A stretch of DNA of 64,000 bases, from the IMG/VR virus record IMGVR_UViG_3300012000_000005, positions 31,462-95,461 of that record. The stretch is one strand, 5' to 3'. The notes beneath the pieces are model-generated. The model did not search any database. It had not been told where the DNA came from and saw only the letters and a program-made list of their open reading frames with translations. This stretch comes from a virus. Both the position numbers and the translations under genes were made by a program. Shown here one piece after another: positions 10,654 through 20,147 of this stretch; positions within the stretch are counted from its first letter, which is position 1; each line of letters begins with the position of its first letter.

Positions 10654-10935
10654 ATGCTAAATCATTCAGCGTTTACAGTAGGTACTAGTCCAGTTTTACT
10701 TGTAACTATTGGACCAAAAGAACCCACCACTACAGTCACAATTGTTAACGACGATAACAACTCTATCTATGTTGGCGATGCTCAGGTTGCCACATCTGGA
10801 GCAGATAAAGGCCTTACTATAAAGAAGGACTCTGCTTATAGATTTGACCTTAACGCTGGGGACAAGCTGTATGCAATAACGGCTACACCTACAGCTGCCA
10901 ACGCCGTATCTATTGTCTATTCATCATTGTTCTAG
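10654..10935 (+). CDS. Small beta-sandwich virion protein
   Basis: RBS AGGAGG; 'IYVGDAQVATSG..GL' motif. Confidence 0.6.
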   Translation: MLNHSAFTVGTSPVLLVTIGPKEPTTTVTIVNDDNNSIYVGDAQVATSGADKGLTIKKDSAYRFDLNAGDKLYAITATPTAANAVSIVYSSLF

Positions 10936-10944
10936 GAGTAATAT

Positions 10945-11109
10945 ATGAAAGGCAAATCTAAAGTAGAAAAGGTTATGCACGAGTACAAAGCTGGTACTTT
11001 AAAGTCTGGTAAAAAAGGTCCTGGTAAAGGACCTAAAGTAAAGTCCAAAAAACAGGCTATAGCAATTGCTATGTCTGAAGCTGGTATGTCAAAGAAGAAG
11101 AAAAAATAA
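10945..11109 (+). CDS. Small Lys-rich protein (DUF6496-like), 54 aa
   Basis: My translation: MKGKSKVEKVMHEYKAGTLKSGKKGPGKGPKVKSKKQAIAIAMSEAGMSKKKKK; RBS AGGAG. Confidence 0.75.
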   Translation: MKGKSKVEKVMHEYKAGTLKSGKKGPGKGPKVKSKKQAIAIAMSEAGMSKKKKK

Positions 11110-11330
11110 TGGCACAAAAAGAAAAACCAGCCAAGCTTCTTGCTGGTGGAGCACCGCACGTTGTCTATAAAAAAGACAAAAAAGTGATTGTTGACCACCT
11201 TGGTAAGAAGGGTGGCAAAAACGACAAAATAAATCTAACCCAAAAAGGCGGAGCTAAGACAGTGAAGCAAGGGGTTAAGGCGGTAAAAAACTGGCATTCA
11301 AAGAATGCCCATCGTAGTCAGGGACGCTAA
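11109..11330 (+). CDS. Small basic protein
   Basis: TAATG-coupled; Lys-rich, 73 aa. Confidence 0.7.
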   Translation: MAQKEKPAKLLAGGAPHVVYKKDKKVIVDHLGKKGGKNDKINLTQKGGAKTVKQGVKAVKNWHSKNAHRSQGR

Positions 11331-11500
11331 TGGCTAAAAAAGAAAAACCAGTTTGGGAGAAGAAGGACCCAACCCCAGGCAAATCTAGTAAACTATCTAA
11401 GAAGCAGAAATCCTCTGCTAAGGCTAGGGCGAAGGCAGCAGGCCGTCCCTATCCCAACCTCGTCGACAACATGGCTGCTGCAAGAAAGAAGAAAAAATAA
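11330..11500 (+). CDS. Small basic protein, 56 aa
   Basis: My translation: MAKKEKPVWEKKDPTPGKSSKLSKKQKSSAKARAKAAGRPYPNLVDNMAAARKKKK; TAATG-coupled. Confidence 0.75.
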   Translation: MAKKEKPVWEKKDPTPGKSSKLSKKQKSSAKARAKAAGRPYPNLVDNMAAARKKKK

Positions 11501-11631
11501 TGTGCGCAACATGTGGATGCATGGGCAGCAAGAAGTCTGCTAAGAAGGCTCCAGCAAAGAAGGCAGCAGCTAAGAAGGCTGCAGCTAAGAAAATGCCAGC
11601 TTTCCTAAAGAAGGCTGCAAAGAAGAAGTAA
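11500..11631 (+). CDS. Histone-H1/Hc1-like AKK-repeat peptide with N-terminal CxxCxC, 43 aa
   Basis: My translation: MCATCGCMGSKKSAKKAPAKKAAAKKAAAKKMPAFLKKAAKKK; TAATG-coupled. Confidence 0.7.
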   Translation: MCATCGCMGSKKSAKKAPAKKAAAKKAAAKKMPAFLKKAAKKK

Positions 11632-11632
11632 C

Positions 11633-11902
11633 ATGGCTAAAACTCCGTCCTTCATGAAGGGCAAATACACTAAGTCCAAAGATGAAAAGATGGACGCCCG
11701 TCTTATGAGAAAGGGCGGCATCACTGATAAAGATGATAAGGCTGAGTTCCATAAGATGGACAAAGCCCACGGCAAAAAGAAGAAGCCAAAGACTATTGCC
11801 GAAGATAAGAAGATTGACCTAGGCATTATTAAAAAGGTCAAGAAGAAAGAAAAGGCTGAGGAAAAAGCCGAAGCCAAGGCAGAAAAAAAGAAAAAGAAGT
11901 AA
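11633..11902 (+). CDS. Small Lys-rich charged protein
   Basis: 89-aa ORF, very K-rich; last gene of the cluster. Confidence 0.7.
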   Translation: MAKTPSFMKGKYTKSKDEKMDARLMRKGGITDKDDKAEFHKMDKAHGKKKKPKTIAEDKKIDLGIIKKVKKKEKAEEKAEAKAEKKKKK

Positions 11903-11908
11903 CCGCTT

Positions 11909-11936
11909 AGGGGTCCCAAAAGGGCCCCTTTGCTTT
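11909..11936 (+). terminator. Rho-independent terminator
   Basis: AGGGGTCCC-AAAA-GGGCCCCT followed by TTGCTTT. Confidence 0.65.
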
Positions 11937-12010
11937 ATCCTAGTTAGTGAGCCCATGCGGGGCTCAAAGCACCACCCCTGCGTTTACCCTGCTACTCCTA
12001 CAGGAGCACC

Positions 12011-12172
12011 ATGCCTGAAGATAACAAGATAAGTAAAGCTTCCGATGTGGAATTCATCGAGGCTTTAGCCGAAGCCAATAAAGGCTCGGGCGCTGGCGTG
12101 TGGAAAGCACTTGTAATAGGAGCAGTAACGCGAGGGATTATTAACGGTGTTACCAACAAGCGTCGTAAATAA
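12011..12172 (+). CDS. Hypothetical protein, 53 aa
   Basis: RBS AGGAG; MPEDNKISKASDVEFIEALAEANKGSGAGVWKALVIGAVTRGIINGVTNKRRK. Confidence 0.55.
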   Translation: MPEDNKISKASDVEFIEALAEANKGSGAGVWKALVIGAVTRGIINGVTNKRRK

Positions 12173-12470
12173 TTTTAATTCTAAGCTGTCGTCATCATCA
12201 ATCTCGTTGACAGCCGAGCTTCGTCGTCACGCTCTCAATCGAGGCTGGCCTAGTGAGATAGTCAATTCCTTAGCGGTCGTTAAAAACGGCGGCTTACTTG
12301 ACATTACTTACCCAGAACAGTTTCGTACACAGATAGAGAACTTAGAGTATGGCGATGGTCCTAACCCACCCTCACCTGTTCTTCGTTCTTTTAACTACAG
12401 GGCAGACCAACTAGCTGAAGACATCTACGAGGAAACTCACGAGTCACTAATAGAAGCGAGCAGGATATAA
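12147..12470 (+). CDS. Putative neck/tail-completion protein
   Basis: 'LEYGDGPNPPSPVLR' resembles the 'LEYG..pprPflR' motif of phage neck proteins; position. Confidence 0.5.
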   Translation: MLPTSVVNNFNSKLSSSSISLTAELRRHALNRGWPSEIVNSLAVVKNGGLLDITYPEQFRTQIENLEYGDGPNPPSPVLRSFNYRADQLAEDIYEETHESLIEASRI

Positions 12471-12471
12471 C

Positions 12472-13113
12472 ATGGGTAACCCATTTATTATTGCTGAGGA
12501 CTTAGCCTTAAAAACCCTGTTACAAGGAATGACTGTGTCAGATGAGAAGAACGCATCTCGTCAAGTTAAGGTGTGGTTTGGGTACCCAGACGTTGAAGTC
12601 AGAGCCCAAGAATTCCCATTTGTAACTATTGACTTAATTGACATGTTACCCGCAAACGATAGGCAAACCTCAGGAATGCTTACCGACAATGATTACAGAG
12701 GAACAATATCCCCTGTAAACAATAGGACCTACTCCTATGAAATACCAGTAGCTTTTGATTTGGTCTATCAGATTACGACCTACGCGAGAAATCCGCGACA
12801 TGATAGGGCCATCATTCATCAGCTCACAACTAAGTTTCCATCAAAGTACGGCGGCTTGTTAGTGCCTAATGAACTAGGTACTGAAACCTCAAGACGACAC
12901 ATGTTCCTTGATGGGTTTGCAAAGAGAGACGCAGTTGACGGTGAGACTGGCAACCGCAGACTTCTTCGCAATGTCTACACAGTAAGAGTTGTTAGCGAAC
13001 TTACCCCGCTTGCTGCAAAGATTGCTACCAAGCGTGTTGAGGAAGTTAACATCAACACTAACCCAGTGTCCGTACCACAAGCCGTAATCCCTGCAGGACT
13101 AACAAAACTCTAA
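12472..13113 (+). CDS. Tail terminator/sheath-cap protein (Pvc16/gp15-like)
   Basis: 'FPFVTIDLID...P.AFDLVYQITTYAR' directly upstream of the sheath gene. Confidence 0.6.
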   Translation: MGNPFIIAEDLALKTLLQGMTVSDEKNASRQVKVWFGYPDVEVRAQEFPFVTIDLIDMLPANDRQTSGMLTDNDYRGTISPVNNRTYSYEIPVAFDLVYQITTYARNPRHDRAIIHQLTTKFPSKYGGLLVPNELGTETSRRHMFLDGFAKRDAVDGETGNRRLLRNVYTVRVVSELTPLAAKIATKRVEEVNINTNPVSVPQAVIPAGLTKL

Positions 13114-13152
13114 TACACGGTCACCAAAGTTTAAACAAAGGAGATATAACAA

Positions 13153-14655
13153 ATGGCAGTACTACGACCAGGGGTCTACGTCGAAGAGACGCTTAACCCT
13201 GTTGCACCTGTAGTTGGCCCGAACTCAGATTCTATTGGTGCTTTTATTGGCGCCAACGATAGAGGACCAGTTCTTACACCAACACTTGTAACTTCTTGGA
13301 GCCAGTATGTAACCCTATTTGGTTCTTGGAATACCAGTGCAACTAACAATTTACCTTTAGCTGTATACATGTTCTTTTCAAACGGCGGAAGCCAGTGCTA
13401 CGTTGTTCGTATAACAAACAACGCTACAACCGCAACCCGTTCTTTGGCAGACCGTGCAGCAACACCATCTACAACCCTTCAAATTCAAGCAAAGAACGCT
13501 GGCGCTTGGGGTAACAACATTAACATTTCAGTAGTTAACTCTGTTACATCAGGTCTCTTTGATTTGCTTGTTTACTACAACGGCAACACAGATGCTAACT
13601 TGGTAGAGCGTCACAATGACCTTTCCATGACAGCCTCTAATGCTCGTTACGCACCAACAGCAGTAAACGCAGCATCAAATTACGTAGTTCTTACAGACCT
13701 AAACTCTGGAAACACTGGAGCTACTCGTAACCCAGCTGTTGTAACTAACCAAACTCTTGCTACTGGAAGCGCTGGAAGCGCCCTAGGAAACAATGATTAT
13801 GGAACTGGTTTGCTAGCTCTTGACACTGTTAAGCAATCTTTGATTCTTAACGTTCCAGGAGTATCAAACGTTCCTGTCATTAATGCAGCAATTGGTTATG
13901 CAAACTTTAGACAAGATGTTTTTGTTGTTATTGATGGAGTATACGATGTAGTTTCTACACAGCTTGCTCTTGCTTCTCAATATACATCTAGCTCATTAGC
14001 TGCAGTTTACTATCCAAACCTATTGATATCTGACCCAACAACCGCTGTTGGTTCTGGTTCTGGACGTACTGTTGCAGTAGGTTCTGGAGCTGCAGTTGTA
14101 GGTTTGATTAGCTCAACAGATGCATCACGCGGAGTGTTTAAAGCACCAGCGGGCTTGCAGGCACGTCTTGCAGGAGTTGTATCAGTTGTTACTCTAACTA
14201 ATGCTGAACTTGATAACCTTAACTCAGCAGCGGCACCAGTAAATGCAATTAAGTTTGTACCTGGTTCTGGATTTGTTGTTATGGGTTCAAGAACACTTAA
14301 GCCTGGATACGTAGACAAGTACGTACCAGTACGCCGCACACTTATTTATCTACGTAAGGCTCTTACAGACCTTACTGAGTTTGCCATCTTTGAACCAAAC
14401 GACGAAGCTTTATGGCGTCGTCTTGAAGCCAGCGTTAGTACATTCCTAACAGACTTCTGGAGCAAGGGCGGTCTACGAGGCACAACACCTCAAGCAGCAT
14501 TCTTTGTTAAGGTTGATGCAGAAAACAACCCACAAAGCTCAATTGATAATGGATATGTAAACATCGAAGTCGGTGTTGCATTACAGCGTCCAGCTGAGTT
14601 CATCATCATTAAAATCGGTCAGTTTGACGGTGGAACCACCGTTACTGTGGCGTAA
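13153..14655 (+). CDS. Contractile tail sheath protein
   Basis: PGVYVEE, FFSNGG..CYVVR, RGVFKAPAG, YVPVRR, FEPND..LW and PAEFIII motifs. Confidence 0.95.
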   Translation: MAVLRPGVYVEETLNPVAPVVGPNSDSIGAFIGANDRGPVLTPTLVTSWSQYVTLFGSWNTSATNNLPLAVYMFFSNGGSQCYVVRITNNATTATRSLADRAATPSTTLQIQAKNAGAWGNNINISVVNSVTSGLFDLLVYYNGNTDANLVERHNDLSMTASNARYAPTAVNAASNYVVLTDLNSGNTGATRNPAVVTNQTLATGSAGSALGNNDYGTGLLALDTVKQSLILNVPGVSNVPVINAAIGYANFRQDVFVVIDGVYDVVSTQLALASQYTSSSLAAVYYPNLLISDPTTAVGSGSGRTVAVGSGAAVVGLISSTDASRGVFKAPAGLQARLAGVVSVVTLTNAELDNLNSAAAPVNAIKFVPGSGFVVMGSRTLKPGYVDKYVPVRRTLIYLRKALTDLTEFAIFEPNDEALWRRLEASVSTFLTDFWSKGGLRGTTPQAAFFVKVDAENNPQSSIDNGYVNIEVGVALQRPAEFIIIKIGQFDGGTTVTVA

Positions 14656-14670
14656 AGGAGATAACCACAA

Positions 14671-15261
14671 ATGGCTAGCAGCATAATCAACCGCCACTCA
14701 ACCTTGGCAACAGACCCGTTACGTTCGTTTCGGTTCTTTGCTCAGTTTGAGGCAGCTAAAGAAGGCGGCGTGTTTAATAACAAACTCGTCACTTGGTCAG
14801 GCGGCTTTAGCAACATCAGTGGTTTGAGCGTTAATACTCAGGCCATCCAATACCGTGAAGGCGGTTACAACACCACAGTACACCAGGTACCAGGTATGAC
14901 TACCTTTACACCAATTACATTCCAGCGTGGAGTTCTTGACGGAAATGACCAGGCAATCACATGGATGCGCGGACTTTTTGCTGCTGCAGCTGGTGAGGGT
15001 CTTAAGGTTGAAGCTGGCAAAGGCTTCCGCGTAAACATTAAGGTGTTTGTAGCAGACCATCCAAACTCAGGTCCTACAGACGTTCAGCGCTACAAGATGG
15101 GCTTCAAGATTCATAACGCCTGGATTACTGCGCTAAACTATACAGACCTTAATGCAGCAGACGGAGCAATCTTGTTTGAGTCAATGACACTCGTTCATGA
15201 AGGACTATCAGTGTTCTTTACAGACGATGATGGCAAAGACCCAGCAGGTCTCATTTCTTAA
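14671..15261 (+). CDS. Tail tube protein (T4 gp19/Afp1-like)
   Basis: DPLRSFRF, ISGL, YREGG..PG, ITFQRG, NAW and ESMTLVHEG motifs. Confidence 0.9.
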   Translation: MASSIINRHSTLATDPLRSFRFFAQFEAAKEGGVFNNKLVTWSGGFSNISGLSVNTQAIQYREGGYNTTVHQVPGMTTFTPITFQRGVLDGNDQAITWMRGLFAAAAGEGLKVEAGKGFRVNIKVFVADHPNSGPTDVQRYKMGFKIHNAWITALNYTDLNAADGAILFESMTLVHEGLSVFFTDDDGKDPAGLIS

Positions 15262-15288
15262 TTAACAACAACTTTAGGAGTATAAATC

Positions 15289-16083
15289 GTGCCAGATATT
15301 ATTACTGATGCAGAACTTGTAAATAAATTCGCAGCAAAGGCGATGGAGGAGCCCGCACAAGTCATTAAGACGCGGGCCCCTTCAGAGTCAGAAGTATCTT
15401 TGCCAGGCGGCTTCTTAGAAGCTAATGGTGAAGTTATCAAGACAGTCGAGGTGAGGGAACTTACTGGAGCTGATGAAGAAGCAGTTGCTAAAGCTGGTTC
15501 TTCAGGCAAAGCACTTGACGTGCTATTGCAGAGGGGTCTAGCAAAAATTGGGTCTAGGACTGTAGAAAAAGAAGACCTAAACTCACTTCTTGCTGGAGAT
15601 AGAGACGCAATTCTTTTAGGTATTAGAAGAGTTACGTTTGGTGACGATATGGAAATCGGTTACCGTTGCCGCACTTGCGGTGAGGAACAGAGAGACTCAT
15701 TGTTACTAAGTAAAGATGTACCTGTTGTTTCTCTAGAAGACCGTGCTCAAGAGGGCACTTTTGAAGTAGAGACTAAGAAGGGTACAGCAGTTGTTGCTTT
15801 ACCAAATGGTATTACACAGCGCAAGCTGATGGAAAACATTGATAAGACAACAGCAGAAATTAATACCTTGTTACTATCTGGATGCATTGTTTCACTAAAC
15901 GGCTCACCATCTTCTGGAGCTTCTACTGCCCTATCACTAGGTATGGCGGATAGAACAAAAATCGTTGATGAGATTATCAAACGTAACCCAGGCCCACGCC
16001 TAGGGGAGGTGAAGAAGGCTTGTCAGGCATGCGGTGAAGACGTACTTCTACCGCTTAGCTTGCTAGATTTGTTTCGCCTTTAG
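15289..16083 (+). CDS. Tail assembly chaperone/baseplate hub assembly protein (T4 gp26-like)
   Basis: VRELTGADEE, GDRDAILLGIRRVTFG, two CxxC pairs; lies between tube and tape measure. Confidence 0.75.
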   Translation: MPDIITDAELVNKFAAKAMEEPAQVIKTRAPSESEVSLPGGFLEANGEVIKTVEVRELTGADEEAVAKAGSSGKALDVLLQRGLAKIGSRTVEKEDLNSLLAGDRDAILLGIRRVTFGDDMEIGYRCRTCGEEQRDSLLLSKDVPVVSLEDRAQEGTFEVETKKGTAVVALPNGITQRKLMENIDKTTAEINTLLLSGCIVSLNGSPSSGASTALSLGMADRTKIVDEIIKRNPGPRLGEVKKACQACGEDVLLPLSLLDLFRL

Positions 16084-16222
16084 TGAAGCAGATTACGAAA
16101 GCCTACTAGACCAATACGAGATTCTTACTAGAACTTTTGTTGGTTGGACACTTACAGAGATTCGTGGGCTCTCACCTAGAGAGCGCATGAACTGGTTAGA
16201 GCGGTCGAAAAGGACAAGATAG
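16079..16222 (+). CDS. Start-less +1-frame extension of the chaperone (GpE'/gp51-like segment)
   Basis: FSEADYESLLDQYEILTRTFVGWTLTEIRGLSPRERMNWLERSKRTR*. No ATG/GTG/TTG between the in-frame TAG at 16064 and the conserved segment (the only ATG encodes the near-terminal M of RERMNW). Confidence 0.65.
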   Translation, partial: FSEADYESLLDQYEILTRTFVGWTLTEIRGLSPRERMNWLERSKRTR

Positions 16223-16225
16223 TAA

Positions 16226-18502
16226 ATGGATTCTAAGCAAGGCCTAAACTTAGGCGGCTCCCATAGCGGCGCTGCTGCAAGTAACATGCAACGGTTTGAG
16301 TCTTCTGCTCGAGGCGCAAATAATAACTTGCTGCAAATGGCAAGTACGCTTCAGAGCAGAATTTTGCCTACCCTCTCATCTGCTGAGCAGATGCTTGCTC
16401 GTTTAGGTTCTCGCGCTAAAAATGTTTTCTCTGGTATGGGTGGCGGCGGTAGTTCTAATACCGTCATGGCACAACCTACCTTCTCTAATACTGGTAACAA
16501 TACAACTCCTGGCGGACCTACTCCACCATCTGGTGGTGGGGGTGGTGGCGGTGGTGGCACTGCACAACCTGCGGGTAACCAGCCTAGAGGCAACACAGTA
16601 TTTCAACAGCCAGCTAATACTGCTGGAACAATTGCAGCCGCAGCGGTTACCGCTGGTGGTATTGCTATGCCTTCAGTTGATGAAGCATTCAGAATGCAGT
16701 TATACACTGCACGTGGCGGACTTGTTCTTGGCGGAGCCTATGGAAGAGCAGGCGGAACATATAACGGTGTAGGACAAGCAATCAGCGGTAGTGGCGCCAG
16801 TTCTTACAACGACACTAGAGATTTATTAAATAGAATGGCCAAGTCAGGCACAGTAAAAGATGAGTTTGACGCTGCTCGTTCTTTGCAGGTAATGCGACAA
16901 AGCGGATTATATGGAGGCTCTTCAGCAAATGCTGCACAGCTTGCCATGGGCGCTGCACAGATGTCTAACCTAACTCCTGGTATTGGAGTTGAAGGTGCTA
17001 TGCAAGCACAGGGCGCTGTACAACGTGGACGTTCCGTAAACATGTTGAGAGCAGTTGGTATTCGTATTCGTGATGACCAAGGCAACATGAAACCACTACC
17101 TCAAATTATTGATGAGTTGTGGATGAAGCTTGAAAGAGAAAAGCGTAAGAACGGCGGTAGTGGCAGCACGCTACGAGACGTACAGATATCTTTGCAACCA
17201 GGTAATGCTCTTGCAACCATGCTTGATAACCTATTTGGAAATGACCCATACCTAAGAGCTCAAGTAGAAGACGGTCTTTTGTTTAAAGCTCAAAGCGGCG
17301 GCATGAGTATGTCTGACCCAAGAGTCTCAAAGAAAATGGAACAATTAGGATTTACAACTTTTGCTGCCAAGATGCAGAGCCAAAGAACAGCACAAGCAGC
17401 AGAGTTTATCTCTCAAACTGCTCCAGCTATGGCTGATGCTAAAGGTAGAGCTGACCAAATTGTTTCATACATTAGCGGTTTCTTTACTGAAGTAGAAAAG
17501 TTTACAGGTTTAATTAGTGCATTGGGCGCTACTAAAGGGTTCTTTGAAACTCTTGGCGGTGCTGGTAAGGGAGGCCTTGGAGGCTTCTTTGCTTCGTTAA
17601 TTCCAAATCCAATTGCCTCTGCTATTTCTAATATATTTAAAGCTGACGGCGGTCCTGTAGAAGAACAGCGTCCGTATATTGTCGGCGAGCGCGGTCCAGA
17701 ACTATTTATGCCTAAGACAGATGGCGTAATTATTCCTAACGATGAACTAAAGAACTACCCATTCCGACATGCTGGTGGCGCCGTAAAAGGAAAAAAGGGA
17801 CACATAGAGTTAAACGATAAGTCTTCTAATGAAGACTTTGCTAAAGCTATGTTGTTACATTTAAATGCGCCTATGACTAAAGATGCTATTGAAGCTTTGA
17901 AGATATGGCAAAACTTTGAAGGCGGACACTTCCAAAACTCTGCTAAGTACAATCCTCTTAACACTACATATGATAAGTACTCTAACAAATCTATGAATAG
18001 TGTTGGGGTAAAGATTTACAATAGTTGGGATGATGGACTACACGCAACTATTGAAACTCTTACTGGAGCTAAAGCTGGAGCACGAGGTTACTCAGATATT
18101 GTTAAAGCTTTACAAAGCGGAGCTAATAAAGAAGAGATTCTTGCTGCAATTAATAATTCAGCTTGGGTAACAGGTAAGACTGGTCAGAACCCATATAAGT
18201 TTAGTAAAAACCAAAGTGCGTCTGATTTCTCTGGTTTCTCTGGAATGTCTCCAAAAGATGGTGGGTTTACTGGTAGCGATAGATACGCTGGTTTTTGGGA
18301 TGACTTTACAAAAGGATTTTGGGAAAGCTCAAAGAAGATGCAGCAACAAGCCGCAGCTCAAGGAGCTCAAACAACTAATAACTACAATATGGGCGGAGTT
18401 GCAATTAAGGTAGATGGCTCAAGTGGTGCACTAGGTATTGCAGAGGCACTTAAAAAAGCTTTATCAGACAAAGACCTATTTAAACAAGTGATGGGGTCAT
18501 AA
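16226..18502 (+). CDS. Tape-measure protein with a C-terminal lysozyme-like domain
   Basis: A/G/Q-rich helical protein with 'ADGGPV..PYIVGERGPELF' motif and an 'EGG..YNPLNTT..NSVGVK.Y.SW..G..AT..TL' muralytic-like segment. Confidence 0.75.
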   Translation: MDSKQGLNLGGSHSGAAASNMQRFESSARGANNNLLQMASTLQSRILPTLSSAEQMLARLGSRAKNVFSGMGGGGSSNTVMAQPTFSNTGNNTTPGGPTPPSGGGGGGGGGTAQPAGNQPRGNTVFQQPANTAGTIAAAAVTAGGIAMPSVDEAFRMQLYTARGGLVLGGAYGRAGGTYNGVGQAISGSGASSYNDTRDLLNRMAKSGTVKDEFDAARSLQVMRQSGLYGGSSANAAQLAMGAAQMSNLTPGIGVEGAMQAQGAVQRGRSVNMLRAVGIRIRDDQGNMKPLPQIIDELWMKLEREKRKNGGSGSTLRDVQISLQPGNALATMLDNLFGNDPYLRAQVEDGLLFKAQSGGMSMSDPRVSKKMEQLGFTTFAAKMQSQRTAQAAEFISQTAPAMADAKGRADQIVSYISGFFTEVEKFTGLISALGATKGFFETLGGAGKGGLGGFFASLIPNPIASAISNIFKADGGPVEEQRPYIVGERGPELFMPKTDGVIIPNDELKNYPFRHAGGAVKGKKGHIELNDKSSNEDFAKAMLLHLNAPMTKDAIEALKIWQNFEGGHFQNSAKYNPLNTTYDKYSNKSMNSVGVKIYNSWDDGLHATIETLTGAKAGARGYSDIVKALQSGANKEEILAAINNSAWVTGKTGQNPYKFSKNQSASDFSGFSGMSPKDGGFTGSDRYAGFWDDFTKGFWESSKKMQQQAAAQGAQTTNNYNMGGVAIKVDGSSGALGIAEALKKALSDKDLFKQVMGS

Positions 18503-19857
18503 TGCCAGTTCCATTAGCTGTTCCGTTAGCATTAGGTGCTATTAGAGTAGGCGCTGCAGTACTTGCTCGTTCTCGTGCGGTAAGCGCTGCAAAAATTGCA
18601 GTTAACGTTGCTACTAAAAGTAAAGCTGGTGGCACAGTAAAAACTGTTCTTAATAAGACTGTTAAGAATCCAACTGTTAAGACAGTTAGTGTTAGCGCTA
18701 AAGCGGCTAAAGGAACTGGTAAAGCAGCTACAGCCGTGGTAGCGCCGTCAATAGTAACTCGTGTTCTAGGATTTGCAAGAGCGGCTGGTCCTACCGCTGG
18801 TCCAGTGGGAACTGGTCTATCTGCATTAGCTGGTAGTGCTGCTTGGTATTTAACAAATAAAAAGAAAAAGAGCGGAACTAATTTAGGTAATAGACCGCTT
18901 GGTCAAGGAAGTAAAAAGGGCGGTAAGGGCGGAGACAGTGCATCTGGAACCCAACCAACTCCCGTAATACCTACACCTAACGGATTTAAATTTAACTTAC
19001 CACCTCACAGTTGGAGTTTACCTACAAGACCTCAACTAGTAGTTCCTGGAATATCCAACAGCTTAGCTGAAAACGTAGTGCAACACGGACTTAGAAGAGG
19101 AAGACTTTGGTATTTTGATAATGCTGGAATTATATCTAGCTATGATTACGACACTGGCGAGCTAACTAGCGCAGCAAAAAAAGCAGAAGAAAGACGTAAA
19201 GATGGAACGTACCAGGGTGACAAAAGTACAATTACATACAGCAAAGATATGTATAACTATGGATTCCAATTTCTTTGGAACCCAGAGTCAATCTCCCTTA
19301 GTGTTAACAGAAACATGGACGTAACTCCAACTGCAGCTGACGTCTATACTTCTGTGTCTGGAGCATTCCCTGGGCAAGAAAGTATTTCTTTTACTGTTAT
19401 CTTAGACAGAACAAATGACATGGCATGTATACGCGGTCAGTCTGGAACTTGGAAAGAATTTGCACCTTTTTATAGCAGTGGAAAACATCCATTAGCTGGC
19501 AATACCCCAACAATTGAGGAACAGATAGAAGAGCTTTCTCGTATTGGTACCATGCACGACATTGAGTATCTTTTAAAAGCTATTAACGGAGATGGTGTTT
19601 CAACCAAAGACCAACCTGGTGGTTGGACAAACTTATTAGGTAAGAAGACCGCAGACATTGGATACCTACAACCCTCTCTTCTTGCTTTTGAATTTGGTGG
19701 GGACCCCCTAGACCCTACTAACCAAAGCGCACTGTCCTATGTAGGTTGGATTAGTTCTTTATCAGTAAATCACACGGCGTTCACTGAAGGCATGGTGCCA
19801 ATTAGAAGCACCGTATCAATTGCCTTTGATTGCTTCGCTGGTTCGGCAATGGTATAG
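18502..19857 (+). CDS. Baseplate/tube-initiator protein (Afp7-like C-terminus)
   Basis: 'FQFLWNPESIS', 'YVGWISSLSVNHTAFTEGMVPIRSTVSI'. Confidence 0.65.
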   Translation: MPVPLAVPLALGAIRVGAAVLARSRAVSAAKIAVNVATKSKAGGTVKTVLNKTVKNPTVKTVSVSAKAAKGTGKAATAVVAPSIVTRVLGFARAAGPTAGPVGTGLSALAGSAAWYLTNKKKKSGTNLGNRPLGQGSKKGGKGGDSASGTQPTPVIPTPNGFKFNLPPHSWSLPTRPQLVVPGISNSLAENVVQHGLRRGRLWYFDNAGIISSYDYDTGELTSAAKKAEERRKDGTYQGDKSTITYSKDMYNYGFQFLWNPESISLSVNRNMDVTPTAADVYTSVSGAFPGQESISFTVILDRTNDMACIRGQSGTWKEFAPFYSSGKHPLAGNTPTIEEQIEELSRIGTMHDIEYLLKAINGDGVSTKDQPGGWTNLLGKKTADIGYLQPSLLAFEFGGDPLDPTNQSALSYVGWISSLSVNHTAFTEGMVPIRSTVSIAFDCFAGSAMV

Positions 19858-19865
19858 GAGTAGAC

Positions 19866-20147
19866 ATGTCTATATTTTCAGGTTCTCGATATGAGTATTC
19901 AACTGTTGACTTTTTTTCAGTGGTTGCAGGTGAATCAGAAAACCCTACAGTGTTCTATGAGTTTGATGACCTAGGCCTTACCTCGTATCAAAACCACAGA
20001 TACCTATCTGGTGAACGTCTAGACCAACTTGCATATCGTTATTACAGCCGTCCTGAAATGTGGTGGATAATTGCTGAGTACAATCCGCAAATTGACGACC
20101 ATGAAAATATTCCTAATGGAACAATATTAAGGATACCTAGTGTCTAA
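19866..20147 (+). CDS. LysM/tail-X-like baseplate protein
   Basis: GERLDQLAYRYY..PEMWWIIAEYNP..IPNGTILRIP; ATG at 19866 with RBS AGGAG. Confidence 0.85.
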   Translation: MSIFSGSRYEYSTVDFFSVVAGESENPTVFYEFDDLGLTSYQNHRYLSGERLDQLAYRYYSRPEMWWIIAEYNPQIDDHENIPNGTILRIPSV

